The position numbers and the translations under genes were made by a program. The notes under the pieces are model-generated. The model saw only the letters and a list, made by a program, of their open reading frames with translations, had not been told where the DNA came from and did not search any database. From Thermoplasmatota archaeon (GTDB taxonomy: Archaea; Thermoplasmatota; Thermoplasmata; UBA10834), in assembly GCA_040751795.1 (NCBI GenBank), contig JBFMHR010000002.1:32001-96000 (forward strand): a stretch of DNA of 64,000 bases, in the 5' to 3' direction. Positions 10,417-20,597 of this stretch are shown piece after piece; the first letter of the stretch is position 1, and the number at the start of each line of letters is the position of its first letter.

Positions 10417-11000
10417 GGGTCGTACAGGTCAAGTGCCCTTCGTGCAACACCCCGATATACTCGAAGGAGCGCGACAGGCTGTTCTTCTGCGACAAGTGCA
10501 ACACGCTCCACGTCCGCGACGGCGGCGCCTCGAAGGTGGAGTACGAGGTCGCCGAGTTCAACGCCTCCGCCCAGGGCGACAAGGTCTACATGCCCTTCTG
10601 GAGGATGTACAGCTCGTTCAAGATACACTCCAAGAGCAGCGAGGGGGGCCAGCTCTTCAGGCTCTCGTCGTGGCTCAAGGGCGGCGGGGACACCGGCAGC
10701 CTGTTCATCTACCTGCCGGCCTCGGAGATGGACGCGAACTCGATGAAGTACTGGGCGACCGCATTCACCGCCAACAACCCGAGGTACGCCACGAGGCTCA
10801 ACTTCGGGGGCGTGAGGCGCCTCCCCGCGTCGATGGGCATGGAGGAGGCCAAGAGCCTCGCCGACTTCGTGGTGGTGACCATGGAGGCGGAGAAGCCCGG
10901 CGTGCTCCAGCAGCTCAACTACACGCTGACGGTCAACGACGCGAAGATCGTCTACCTGCCCTTCGTGTACGCCCAGGGCGGGATGAGGCCGGCCCTCTGA
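10413..11000 (+). CDS. Soluble zinc-ribbon protein, paralogous to the two preceding genes
   Basis: CPSC...CDKC, YMPFW and YLPF motifs; ATGA overlap. Confidence 0.7.
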   Translation: MRVVQVKCPSCNTPIYSKERDRLFFCDKCNTLHVRDGGASKVEYEVAEFNASAQGDKVYMPFWRMYSSFKIHSKSSEGGQLFRLSSWLKGGGDTGSLFIYLPASEMDANSMKYWATAFTANNPRYATRLNFGGVRRLPASMGMEEAKSLADFVVVTMEAEKPGVLQQLNYTLTVNDAKIVYLPFVYAQGGMRPAL

Positions 11001-11006
11001 GGAAGG

Positions 11007-11729
11007 CTACCTTCCCCTGCCCGCCCTCTTCCGGGAACGGAAGTCGGCGATGATGTCGGCGTGGTCGAAGGCCATCTCTGGCACACGGTCCAGGGGCACC
11101 CACTCCGCCGAGCCTGCGTCGTCGCCGGCCTTCAGGGTCCCTCCGGTCGGCCGCAGCTCGTAGACCGCTGTCACGAAGTGCCCGCGCGGGTCCCTGCCCG
11201 GCGCCGAGTAGACCCCCAGCAGCCGGACGACCTGCGTCCGCAGCCCCGTCTCCTCATGGACCTCCCTCACGACGCAGTCCTCCAGCCTCTCGCCGTACTC
11301 CACGAACCCGCCGGGGAGGGCGTGAGAGCCCTTGAACGGGTCGTTCCTCCTCCTGATGAGGACGACCCTCCCGTCCTTGTGCACTATCCCGTCGCAGGTG
11401 ACCGACGGCCTCCTCCAGTGGTTCTCGAACTGGCTCTGCAGGGACGAGGCCCGGTTGTCGTACTCCGAGAGCACCTCCTCGCCGAGCGGGGTGAGAGCCG
11501 TCTCCCCTCCCTTCCTGCCTCCCCGGGAGGAAGCGACGATGTCCCCCCCGGCGTTCTCGGCGATCCTGTGCAGCACCCCCCATGCGTGCCTGTAGGACAT
11601 GCCCATCTCCTTCGCCGCCTCGGATATGGACCTGGTCTCCTTGATCCTCCTCAGGAGGTGGGCGCGGCCGTCGCTGACTATGAACCTCCCGTCCTTGACG
11701 AGCCACATCTTGATGTCGAGGTCGTACAT
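11007..11729 (-). CDS. ModE-type winged-helix / Nudix hydrolase fusion
   Basis: SISEAAKEMGMSYRHAW...RGGRKGG (ModE N-domain) plus Nudix box GGFVEYGERLEDCVVREVHEETG. Confidence 0.85.
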   Translation of the reverse strand: MYDLDIKMWLVKDGRFIVSDGRAHLLRRIKETRSISEAAKEMGMSYRHAWGVLHRIAENAGGDIVASSRGGRKGGETALTPLGEEVLSEYDNRASSLQSQFENHWRRPSVTCDGIVHKDGRVVLIRRRNDPFKGSHALPGGFVEYGERLEDCVVREVHEETGLRTQVVRLLGVYSAPGRDPRGHFVTAVYELRPTGGTLKAGDDAGSAEWVPLDRVPEMAFDHADIIADFRSRKRAGRGR

Positions 11730-11790
11730 CGGAGCGGGTGGCGTATCTGTCCCTACAAGTGAAATACCTTTGCAGTGCCGGGGCGAGGGG

Positions 11791-13431
11791 TCACCTCAGC
11801 ATCGGCATCTTGAGCTTCCTGGACTTGGCGACCCTGACCGCCTCCTCGTACCCGGCGTCCGCGTGCCTCACGACGCCCATCCCCGGGTCGGCGGTCAGCA
11901 CCCGCGTGATCTTCTCCTCGGCCTCCTTGGTGCCGTCCGCCACGACCAGGAGCCCCGCGTGGGTCGAGTAGCCGATGCCCACGCCGCCGCCGTTGTGGAC
12001 CGCGACGAGGTCGGCGCCCGCCGACGCGTTGACCAGTGCGTTCAGCAGGGGCCAGTCGGCTATCGCGTCGCTCCCGTCCATCATGCCCTCGGTCTCCCTG
12101 TTGGGGGATGCGACCGAGCCGCAGTCGAGGTGGTCCCTCGTGATCACTATGGGCCCGGAGAGCTCCCCCGAGCCGACCATGTCGTTCATGATCCTGCCGA
12201 ACCTGGCCCTCTCTCCGTACCCGAGCCAGCACACCCTCGCCGGCAGCCCCTCGAAGGGGACCTTCGCCTCCGCGAGCCTGATCCAGTTGACCAGCTGCTC
12301 GTTCTCCTTGAACTCCCTCATCACGACCCTGTCCGTCTTGAGGATGTCCTCGGGGTCGCCGGAGACTGCTATCCACCGGAACGGCCCCCTCCCCTCGCAG
12401 AACATGGGCCTGATGTAGAGGGGGACGAAGCCCTTGAAGTCGAACGCGTCCGTCACCCCGACGCGCTGGGCCTGAGCCCTGATGTTGTTGCCGTAGTCGA
12501 ATACGACGGAGCCCTTCCGCATGAACCCGAGCATGGCCCTCACGTGCTCGCCGATGCTGTCCAGCGCCCTCCTCCTGTACTGCTCTGGGTCGGACTTCCT
12601 GAGCGCCGCGGCCTCCTCGACGGACAGCCCCTTGGGGATGTACCCGCCGAGCTCGTCGTGGGCGGAGGTCTGGTCCGTCACGAGGTCGGGCACGACGCCG
12701 CGGGACAGCAGCTCAGGGTGCGTCTCCGCACAATTGCCCACGAGGCCGATGGAGAGCGCCTTGCGGGTCCTCTTCGCGTCGAGGGCCGCCTCCAGCGCCT
12801 GGTCAAGATCGTCTGATACGGTGTCGCAGTACCCGATGCTGGCCCTGCGCTCTATCCTCTTCCTGTCCGCTTCGACGGCCAGGCACACGCCCCCGTTCAT
12901 CGTGACGGAGAGCGGCTGCGCGCCGCCCATGCCGCCGAGGCCACCCGTGAGGACGAGCCTCCCCTTGAGGGTCCCGCCGAAGTGCTTCCTCGCGCACGCG
13001 GCGAATGTCTCGTACGTGCCCTGGATGATGCCCTGGGTGCCAATGTACGCCCATCCCCCCGCGGTCATCTGGCCGTACATGATCAGCCCCTTGGCCTCGA
13101 GCCTGTAGAACTCCTCCCACGTGGACCACCTGGGCACCAGGTGGGAGTTCGCGGTCAGGACCCTCGGCGACGCCCTCGTCGTCCTGAATACCGCCACGGG
13201 CTTGCCCGACTGGACCAGCATGGTCTCGTCGTCCTCAAGGCGCTTCAGGGTCTCGACTATCGCGTCGTAGCACTCCCAGTCCCTCGCCGCCTTGCCCGTC
13301 CCGCCGTATATGATGAGCTCCTCGGGCCTCTCGGCGTTCTCGAGGTTGTTCTGGAGCATCCGGAGGATCGCCTCCTGCCTCCACCCCTTGCAGGCGAGGT
13401 CCTTCCCTCTCCTAGCCCTGACGTCCCTCAT
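11791..13431 (-). CDS. hutU: Urocanate hydratase
   Basis: [40 protein letters not shown] motifs; 546 aa. Confidence 0.97.
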   Translation of the reverse strand: MRDVRARRGKDLACKGWRQEAILRMLQNNLENAERPEELIIYGGTGKAARDWECYDAIVETLKRLEDDETMLVQSGKPVAVFRTTRASPRVLTANSHLVPRWSTWEEFYRLEAKGLIMYGQMTAGGWAYIGTQGIIQGTYETFAACARKHFGGTLKGRLVLTGGLGGMGGAQPLSVTMNGGVCLAVEADRKRIERRASIGYCDTVSDDLDQALEAALDAKRTRKALSIGLVGNCAETHPELLSRGVVPDLVTDQTSAHDELGGYIPKGLSVEEAAALRKSDPEQYRRRALDSIGEHVRAMLGFMRKGSVVFDYGNNIRAQAQRVGVTDAFDFKGFVPLYIRPMFCEGRGPFRWIAVSGDPEDILKTDRVVMREFKENEQLVNWIRLAEAKVPFEGLPARVCWLGYGERARFGRIMNDMVGSGELSGPIVITRDHLDCGSVASPNRETEGMMDGSDAIADWPLLNALVNASAGADLVAVHNGGGVGIGYSTHAGLLVVADGTKEAEEKITRVLTADPGMGVVRHADAGYEEAVRVAKSRKLKMPMLR

Positions 13432-13512
13432 ACTGGTCGGTCGTAAGACGGCGACCAGGGTATTAGGTTTTCGGATTCGACGCTGGGGATGCCTTTATCA
13501 TGGGGGCGGTGC

Positions 13513-14508
13513 ATGACCGCGGACGTCATGTTCGACATACCCACAGTGCTCTCGGCCGACGAGATACTGGACAAGGCCTTCAAGAAGGCGTCCAAGATAG
13601 AGCACCAGGGCGTCACCCGGCTCGAGACCGTGAGGGAGATCAACATAGCCAAGGTGAAGTCCTCCAGCGATATCATCGTCACGACCATGGGCAAGTACGT
13701 GAAGGCATTCCCGAGCATAGGGAAGCTGAGCCCGTTCTACTCAGAGCTCATAGACATGGCCGTTGGGACGGACAGGCTCCGGAAGTCCCTCGGGGCCATA
13801 GACTGGTCGAGGGGGCAGGTGGCGAAGGTCGCCAAGCAGGCCGTGAGGGACATGTCGGCCGCCGAGAGGATCGGCCACATAGACGAGATCAGGCGCGGCG
13901 CGTACGGCCGCATCTCCTCTGTCGTGAAGCAGATCTCGAAGGAGCTGGACTTCGTCGCCGCGGCGAGGAACACCATCAGGAAGTTCCCGACAGTATCTCC
14001 GGACGACCCGACCATAGTCATTGCCGGCGCCCCCAACGTCGGCAAGAGCCAGCTGATAGGTCGCATCTCCACCGCGAAGCCCCGCGTCGCCGTCTACCCG
14101 TTCACCACCCAGGAGATCTCCGTGGGCACCTTCCAGAAGAAGTACCTCAGGTACCAGGTGATAGACACGCCCGGGCTGCTGGACAGGCCCTTCGAGGAGC
14201 GCAACGCGATAGAGCTGAGGGCGATCCTCGCGCTGAGGCACCTCTCCGACGCCATCATCTTCGTCATCGACCCGTCCGAGACGTGCGGGTATCTGATGCC
14301 CCAGCAGGAGCACCTGCTCTCCGAGATCGAGAAGGAGTTCGAAGGGGTGCCCATATTCGTGGTCGAGAACAAGTCCGACCTTGTGTCCAGCGGGTCGGAC
14401 AGGATGAGGATATCCGCGGAGACGGGCGCCGGCGTCGCAGAGCTGGTGGACACGGTGGTCGCGGCCCTGAGGGAGAGGCGGGCCGCGGGGAGCCCGGGCG
14501 CCGCATAG
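13513..14508 (+). CDS. NOG1-family GTP-binding protein
   Basis: GAPNVGKS, YPFTT, DTPGLLDR, NKSD. Confidence 0.92.
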   Translation: MTADVMFDIPTVLSADEILDKAFKKASKIEHQGVTRLETVREINIAKVKSSSDIIVTTMGKYVKAFPSIGKLSPFYSELIDMAVGTDRLRKSLGAIDWSRGQVAKVAKQAVRDMSAAERIGHIDEIRRGAYGRISSVVKQISKELDFVAAARNTIRKFPTVSPDDPTIVIAGAPNVGKSQLIGRISTAKPRVAVYPFTTQEISVGTFQKKYLRYQVIDTPGLLDRPFEERNAIELRAILALRHLSDAIIFVIDPSETCGYLMPQQEHLLSEIEKEFEGVPIFVVENKSDLVSSGSDRMRISAETGAGVAELVDTVVAALRERRAAGSPGAA

Positions 14509-14652
14509 TCGTCTGGGCAACGCTTATAGTAGCACGAGGCGATTCGCCGCCGGGATAGCACCTAACCGCCCCGTCCGGACGGCCTCTCAGCCATCCAGCA
14601 GGGCGGTGCAACGGGGGAGCGCGACACGGCGGGCGTCGTCTGCAGCAGGTCA

Positions 14653-17600
14653 ATGGAGGAGTACTTCTCATCGCTCCAGCGTGAGGTGGACGAGTGCTAC
14701 GGCGTGGTCCGGCGGGCCCGCGCGAAGGGCCTCGACCCGGGGACCGACGTCGAGGTGCCCCAGGCGTCCGACCTGGCGGCGCGGGTCGAGAAGCTCCTGT
14801 ACGAGTGGGAGGTAGAGGGCGTCGCGGACCGGATAAGGGAGCTGGGGCGGGACCACAACAGGGAGGAGGTCTCCCTGCTGATCGCGAAGGAGTACGCGAG
14901 GATGCCCGCCAAGAGCGTGGAGTTCGCCATCGAGAGGGCGGTGAGGGTGGGCCTCGCAGTCCTCACCGAGGGGATACTCGTCGCGCCGCTGGAGGGGATT
15001 GCCAGCGTGTCGCTGAACAAGAACCCGGACGGCTCCGACTACCTCACCGTGTACTTCGCGGGGCCGATAAGGTCTGCCGGGGGCACCGGACAGGCCATGA
15101 GCGTGCTGATAGCGGACGTCGTCAGGCGGGAGCTGGGCATAGGCAGGTACATGCCCAGCGCGGGCGAGGTCCAGAGGCTCAAGGAGGAGATCCCCCTCTA
15201 CAAGTCCTGCCAGCACCTGCAGTACACCCCCACCAACGAGGAGATCGAGATCATCGCCCAGAACGCCCCCATATGCGTGGACGGCGAGGGGACGGAGGAC
15301 GACGAGATACAGGGGTTCAGGGACCTCCCCAGGATAGCGACGAACAAGGTGCGGGGAGGCGCGTGCCTCGTCATCGCCGAGGGGCTGTGCCTCAAGGCCC
15401 CCAAGGTGCAGAAGCACGTCAAGCGCCTCGGCATCGACGGCTGGGAGTTCATAGACCAGTTCCTGGACCTCAAGAAGAAGGGCGTCCAGGAGGGCGCCCC
15501 CGAGATATCCTCCAGCTCCAAGTTCCTCAAGGACATAATCGCCGGGAGGCCCGTGCTCTCGTACCCGTCCAGGGTCGGAGGCTTCAGGCTCAGGTACGGG
15601 AGGACGAGGGCCACGGGCCTCGCCGCGCTCGCGCTGAACCCCGCGACGATGATGGTCCTCGACGACTTCGTCGCGATAGGCACCCAGGTCAAGATAGAGC
15701 GCCCGGGGAAGGCGGGCGCGATGACCCCCTGCGGGACCATCGAGGGGCCCATAGTCCTGCTCGAGAACGGGGACGTCGTCCAGGTGGACACGCCCGAGGA
15801 AGCGAGGGCGGTCAAGGGCAGGGTCGGGGAGATCATAGACGTGGGCGAGATCCTCGTCCCGTTCGGGGAGTTCGCCGAGAACAACCACCTCCTGGTGCCG
15901 GCCGGCTACTCCCTCGAATGGCACCGCGAGGAGCTCCTCGCCAGGTGCGGCAGGCTCCCGGAGGACTGGGAGTCGCCGTCCTTCGAGCGGGCGGTCGAGA
16001 TGAGCCGCGAGCTCAAGGTCCCCCTGCACCCGAGGTACAACCTGTTCTGGTACGACCTGTCGCCCGAGGAAGTCCTCACGCTGAGGGAGAAGGTCTCGGC
16101 GGCCGGATGGAGGGACGGCCGGCTCCGCATCAGCGAGGACCAGTCGGTGAAGTCCCTCCTCGAGAGGCTGGGGGTCCCGCACAGGGTCTCGCAGGGCTCT
16201 TACGAGGTGGGCGAGTGCTCCCGCCAGCTGATGCTCTGCCTGGGGCTCGAGCCGTGCAGCGGTGGCCTCAGGGCCAACGGCAACGCGGTCCCGCAGGCCG
16301 GCAAGAGCCTGGACCTGGTCTCGTCCCTGGCGGGCATGGAGGTCAGGGCCCGCGCCGTGACAAGGATAGGCGCTCGCGTGGCCAGGCCGGAGAAGGCCCG
16401 GGAGCGCAGGATGAAGCCACCGCCGCACTGCCTGTTCCCGGTCGGCCACGCGGGAGGGCCCCAGAGGCTCATCAACGCGGCCTCCGCCGCGGGGGAGGTC
16501 AGGATCGAGCTGGGGGAGCGCGTGTGCCCGGCGTGCGGCTCGAAGGGCTTCATGCCAAGGTGCCGGTGCGGCTCCCACACGAGGCCCACGGGCGCGTCCA
16601 GCCTGCAGGCCGTGCCCTTGTCGGACATGTTCGAGACGGCCCTCGCGAACCTGCGCGAGAAGCGCGCCCCGGAGGTCAAGGGGGTCCAGGGGATGATCTC
16701 CAAGGACAAGACCCCGGAGGCGCTCGAGAAGGGGATCCTCCGGGCCAACCACGGCCTCTTCGTGTTCAAGGACGGGACGATCAGGGTCGACATGACCGAC
16801 GTGCCGCTCACCCACTTCCGCCCGGCGGAGGTCGGCATAGACGTCGAGGCCGCGAAGGCCCTCGGCTACGAGAGGGACCACCTCGGGAGGGAGCTCACCA
16901 GCCCGGACCAGCTCCTCGAGCTCAAGGTCCAGGACGTCGTGATACCGGATTCGTGCGTCGACTACCTCGTCAACACGACGAGGTTCATCGACGACCTCCT
17001 CAGGGACTTCTACGGGCTGGAGCCGTTCTACGCGGTGAGGACCAGGGGCGACCTGGTCGGCCACCTCGTCGTGGGCCTCGCCCCGCACACGTCGGGAGGG
17101 GTCCTGGCCAGGATAGTCGGCTTCACCAGGGCCCACGTCGGGTACGCCCACCCGTTCTTCCACGCGGCGAAGAGGAGGAACTGCGACGGGGACGAGGACT
17201 CCGTCATCATGCTCATGGACTGCCTCCTGAACTTCTCCCGGGCGTTCCTGCCAGAGAAGAGGGGCGGGCTGATGGACGCGCCGCTCGTGCTCACGACCAG
17301 GCTGGACCCGAACGAGATCGACAAGGAGGCGCACAACATGGACGTCTCCTCGTGCTACGGGCTGGACTTCTTCAGGGCGACGCAGAGGTACGCCCACCCG
17401 AAGGAGGTCGAGGCTTCGATGGACCTCGTCGGGGGGAGGATCGGCACCGTCCTGCAGTACGAGGGGCTCGGCTTCACGCACGAGGTCTCGGACATCTCCG
17501 ACGGCCCGGTCACGTCCGCCTACACGTCCCTGGAGTCGATGGACGAGAAGCTGGACGCGCAGATGTCCCTGGGCGTGAGGATAAGGGCCGTGGACGTCCA

Positions 17601-17931
17601 GGACGTGGCGCACAGGGTCATCACCCGGCACCTCCTCCCGGACATTCAGGGGAGCCTCAAGAGGTTCACGGGCCAGCAGCTGAGGTGCCCGAAGTGCAAC
17701 GCGAAGTACCGCAGGATACCCCTGAAAGGCGTCTGCTACTGCGGGAACAAGCTGACCCTCACCGTCCACGAGGCCGGGGTGAGCAAGTACCTGGAGAAGG
17801 CGAAGGCGATTGGCTCGAAGTACGGCGTCCCGGCCTACACGCTGCAGAGGATAGAGCTGCTCGAGAACTCGATAAACTCGCTGTTCCAGTCGGACAAGGT
17901 CAAGAACTCGAAGCTGGACGAGTTCCTGTGA
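14653..17931 (+). CDS. polC: DNA polymerase II (PolD) large subunit DP2, no intein; N-terminus may extend to 14626
   Basis: AGPIRSAGGT, GGFRLRYGR, AAKRRNCDGDED catalytic motif, C-terminal Zn finger. Confidence 0.97.
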   Translation: MEEYFSSLQREVDECYGVVRRARAKGLDPGTDVEVPQASDLAARVEKLLYEWEVEGVADRIRELGRDHNREEVSLLIAKEYARMPAKSVEFAIERAVRVGLAVLTEGILVAPLEGIASVSLNKNPDGSDYLTVYFAGPIRSAGGTGQAMSVLIADVVRRELGIGRYMPSAGEVQRLKEEIPLYKSCQHLQYTPTNEEIEIIAQNAPICVDGEGTEDDEIQGFRDLPRIATNKVRGGACLVIAEGLCLKAPKVQKHVKRLGIDGWEFIDQFLDLKKKGVQEGAPEISSSSKFLKDIIAGRPVLSYPSRVGGFRLRYGRTRATGLAALALNPATMMVLDDFVAIGTQVKIERPGKAGAMTPCGTIEGPIVLLENGDVVQVDTPEEARAVKGRVGEIIDVGEILVPFGEFAENNHLLVPAGYSLEWHREELLARCGRLPEDWESPSFERAVEMSRELKVPLHPRYNLFWYDLSPEEVLTLREKVSAAGWRDGRLRISEDQSVKSLLERLGVPHRVSQGSYEVGECSRQLMLCLGLEPCSGGLRANGNAVPQAGKSLDLVSSLAGMEVRARAVTRIGARVARPEKARERRMKPPPHCLFPVGHAGGPQRLINAASAAGEVRIELGERVCPACGSKGFMPRCRCGSHTRPTGASSLQAVPLSDMFETALANLREKRAPEVKGVQGMISKDKTPEALEKGILRANHGLFVFKDGTIRVDMTDVPLTHFRPAEVGIDVEAAKALGYERDHLGRELTSPDQLLELKVQDVVIPDSCVDYLVNTTRFIDDLLRDFYGLEPFYAVRTRGDLVGHLVVGLAPHTSGGVLARIVGFTRAHVGYAHPFFHAAKRRNCDGDEDSVIMLMDCLLNFSRAFLPEKRGGLMDAPLVLTTRLDPNEIDKEAHNMDVSSCYGLDFFRATQRYAHPKEVEASMDLVGGRIGTVLQYEGLGFTHEVSDISDGPVTSAYTSLESMDEKLDAQMSLGVRIRAVDVQDVAHRVITRHLLPDIQGSLKRFTGQQLRCPKCNAKYRRIPLKGVCYCGNKLTLTVHEAGVSKYLEKAKAIGSKYGVPAYTLQRIELLENSINSLFQSDKVKNSKLDEFL

Positions 17932-17934
17932 GGC

Positions 17935-18771
17935 TCACTCCTCGAGCTTGGATATCTGCTCCCTGATGCCCTCGAAGCGCTCCTCGAGCGTCTTCAGGCC
18001 CCTCACGAGGAGGTCCTTGGCCGTCAGTGACCCGTCGGTCTCGAACCGGAAGTACATCCTGGACGGGTCCCCCTCGACCTTGATGACCCCCGCCTCGCAG
18101 ACCTCCGTGCAGGCGCCGCAGAGGTTGCACCTCTCCGGGTGCTTGGCCACGACCTTCTTGTCCTCCTTGACGAGGACGTCCTTCGGGCAGACGTCGACGC
18201 AGCTGGCGCCGAGGTCGCACTTGTCGTGCTTGATCGTGATCTTGGCGGCGTACCTGTAGCCGGCCCCGAGCGCGGCCTGCCACTTGGCGTGCTGCCTCCC
18301 GGTGCCCAGCTCCGCGGTCGCGTACACCAGCAGGGCCTGGTCGTCCTCGAGCTTCACTATGGGTATGAGGTCGTCCTTGACCCGGAACTTGTCGCTGCCG
18401 ATTGGCTCCAGGTCGCCGGAGTAGACGGTGCAGGGCCCCTTCTTGTTGAGCGAGTACATTATGGTGCAGCTCGGGCACCCCTCGCCGTTGCAGCTGCACT
18501 TCGACCTGAAGACGAAGGTGTCCAGGTCCGTCGGGACAGGCACCAGCGAGAGCCTGTGGGAGAGTATCTCGTCGAAGAGCGGGGTGATGCTCTCGAACGC
18601 CTGGCCCCCCTCGTCCATGATCGGTCCGAGGTGGAACTCGACGTTGTCTATCGCCATCTTCGGCACGTCCGCCGTGATGGTCCTCCTGAGCGCGTTCACG
18701 AAAGTCGGGTTCGTGTCGCTGATGACGAGCTGAGCCTTCGTAGGCGTCATCTCGACTATGTCGATCTTCAT
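17935..18771 (-). CDS. rpoD: Archaeal RNA polymerase subunit D (Rpo3) with ferredoxin-like domain
   Basis: VNALRR, HRLSLVP, HAKWQ; position after rps11. Confidence 0.95.
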   Translation of the reverse strand: MKIDIVEMTPTKAQLVISDTNPTFVNALRRTITADVPKMAIDNVEFHLGPIMDEGGQAFESITPLFDEILSHRLSLVPVPTDLDTFVFRSKCSCNGEGCPSCTIMYSLNKKGPCTVYSGDLEPIGSDKFRVKDDLIPIVKLEDDQALLVYATAELGTGRQHAKWQAALGAGYRYAAKITIKHDKCDLGASCVDVCPKDVLVKEDKKVVAKHPERCNLCGACTEVCEAGVIKVEGDPSRMYFRFETDGSLTAKDLLVRGLKTLEERFEGIREQISKLEE

Positions 18772-18780
18772 CTGATACCC

Positions 18781-19164
18781 CTACACCCTCCGGCCCCTTC
18801 TGCCGCCCTTCTTCTTGGTGCCGTCGTGCGGGACCGGCGTGACGTCCTCGATCCTGCCGATCCTCAGGCCCGCCCTGGCGAGGCCCCTGATGGCCGCCTG
18901 CGCCCCCGGGCCAGGCGATGCGGACCTGTTGCCGCCGGGCGCGCGCACCTTGACATGGATGCTGTCTATGCCCTTCTCCTTGGCGATCTCGGCCACCTTC
19001 TCCGCGGCCTTCATCGCCGCGTACGGGGAGGCCTCGTCCTTGGCCGCCTTGACCACCATTCCGCCCGTGGCCTTCGTTATGGTCTCGGCCCCGGTTATGT
19101 CCGTCACAGTGATGATGATGTTGTTGTAGCTCGCGTAGACGTGAGCTATGCCCCACTTGCCCAT
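18781..19164 (-). CDS. rps11: 30S ribosomal protein S11
   Basis: [33 protein letters not shown]. Confidence 0.98.
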   Translation of the reverse strand: MGKWGIAHVYASYNNIIITVTDITGAETITKATGGMVVKAAKDEASPYAAMKAAEKVAEIAKEKGIDSIHVKVRAPGGNRSASPGPGAQAAIRGLARAGLRIGRIEDVTPVPHDGTKKKGGRRGRRV

Positions 19165-19165
19165 A

Positions 19166-19858
19166 TCATCCGCCCTCCTGGTCCGGGGCCTCGGGGACCG
19201 CTGCCTCGGCCTCCTTCTCCTCCTTCAGCTCCGTCTTGATGATCTTGGCCAGCTTCGGCTTGGCGACCTTGATCTCGTCCTTGTCCTCGGTCTTGGTGGC
19301 CTCGGCGGCCTCCTTGATCTTCTGCAGGTCCTCGGGCTTGGGCCTGACCGGGTGCAGCTCGTTGGAGATGGGGGACTTGACGTGGTAGTCGATCTGCTCC
19401 TCCTCTCCCCTCTTGACGTAGTACCCGGGTATCGTGACCTTCCTGCCGGAGATGGATGCGTGGCCGTGCACGATGAACTGCCTGGCCTGCTTCGGGGTGA
19501 ACGCGAGCCCCTTCCTGTATATGACCGTCTGGAACCGCCTCTGGAGCACCGCCTCGGTGTTCAGCGACAGGACGTCGTTGAGGGTCGCGCCCTCGGCCGG
19601 CAGCAGGGCCAGCCTCGCGCAGCGCTGGAGCAGCTCCTTGGTCTCGACCTCGGCCTGCCTGTCCCCCGTCCTGACGCGCGCCTGGAGCTCCCTGCTCTGG
19701 GCCCTGAGCGTCCTGACGAACGACTGGGCCCTCCAGAGCTCCCTCTTGTTCTTGAGGCCGTACTTCATGAGCAGCTCGTTCTCGGCCTTGATCCTCTCGC
19801 CCTCCCACGGGTGGGACGGCTTCTCGTACTTCCTCCTTGAGAACTTCGGGTCGCCCAT
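19166..19858 (-). CDS. rps4: 30S ribosomal protein S4
   Basis: [30 protein letters not shown]. Confidence 0.97.
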   Translation of the reverse strand: MGDPKFSRRKYEKPSHPWEGERIKAENELLMKYGLKNKRELWRAQSFVRTLRAQSRELQARVRTGDRQAEVETKELLQRCARLALLPAEGATLNDVLSLNTEAVLQRRFQTVIYRKGLAFTPKQARQFIVHGHASISGRKVTIPGYYVKRGEEEQIDYHVKSPISNELHPVRPKPEDLQKIKEAAEATKTEDKDEIKVAKPKLAKIIKTELKEEKEAEAAVPEAPDQEGG

Positions 19859-19866
19859 GGCTCACA

Positions 19867-20442
19867 CTACTCCTTCTTCTCCTCGGCTCCCGCCTGGGCC
19901 GGACCCTCCTTCTTCCTCATGACGCCCATGGTCATGCCGGTCCTGCCGTTGGACCTCGTCCTCTGGCCCCGGACCTTGTGGCCACCCTCGTGCCTGATGC
20001 CCTTGTAGCACCTGATCATCTTCATGATGTTGACGTCGTCGCGCCTGAACAGCTCGACGTCGTTGCCCACGAGGTGCATGTCGGCGCCGCTGGACCAGTC
20101 GCTCTGCCTGTTGACCATCCAGTGGGGCACCTTCTCGGAGTATTCCATGATGAGCTTCTCGAGCTCGCTGGTCTTCTCCTCAGACAGGTCGCCCATCTTG
20201 GCGCTCCTCGGGACCCCGGCCATGCGGGCGATGATCTCGGCCGTCCTGATGCCCACGCCCTTGACGGAGTTCAGGCCTATGACGACGTCCTTGTTGCCGT
20301 CGACGTCGGTGTTGACCATCCTCACGATGTACCTGAAGTTCTCGTCCCTCTTCTTGACGGGAGCCGCCGAGGGCGCGCCCTCCGCCTTCTCGGCCTGCTT
20401 TCCCTTCTGTCCCTTGGGCTTGGGCTCCTTCTGTTCTGCCAA
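19867..20442 (-). CDS. rps13: 30S ribosomal protein S13 (TTG start)
   Basis: FRYIVR, YKGIRH..G.KVRGQRTRSNGR. Confidence 0.97.
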   Translation of the reverse strand: MAEQKEPKPKGQKGKQAEKAEGAPSAAPVKKRDENFRYIVRMVNTDVDGNKDVVIGLNSVKGVGIRTAEIIARMAGVPRSAKMGDLSEEKTSELEKLIMEYSEKVPHWMVNRQSDWSSGADMHLVGNDVELFRRDDVNIMKMIRCYKGIRHEGGHKVRGQRTRSNGRTGMTMGVMRKKEGPAQAGAEEKKE

Positions 20443-20597
20443 ACGGTGACCTCCACGGCCCTGATTACAGTCAGCTCCCCCGGCGTATGATGGCTCTTGC
20501 CTGGGAAGTGATTCCCCGACACACTAAGGTGTATAAAACACTTATGCTCGGCGCCGATGCCAGGTTGGGCGCCTCCCGCGGGGTGCCAGTCCCCCCG

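Noticed and set aside
14653-17931. Possible intein in DP2
   Set aside because: Length is normal and the HAAKRRNCDGDED region is uninterrupted
14668-17966. ORFs of over 1000 aa overlapping DP2 (14668-17769 minus, 14694-17966 plus)
   Set aside because: Arg/Gly/Pro-rich shadow frames caused by high GC3; no recognisable motifs
20443-20597. tRNA upstream of rps13, as in many archaea
   Set aside because: No cloverleaf or T-arm motif; only a TATA-like TTTTATAC on the minus strand
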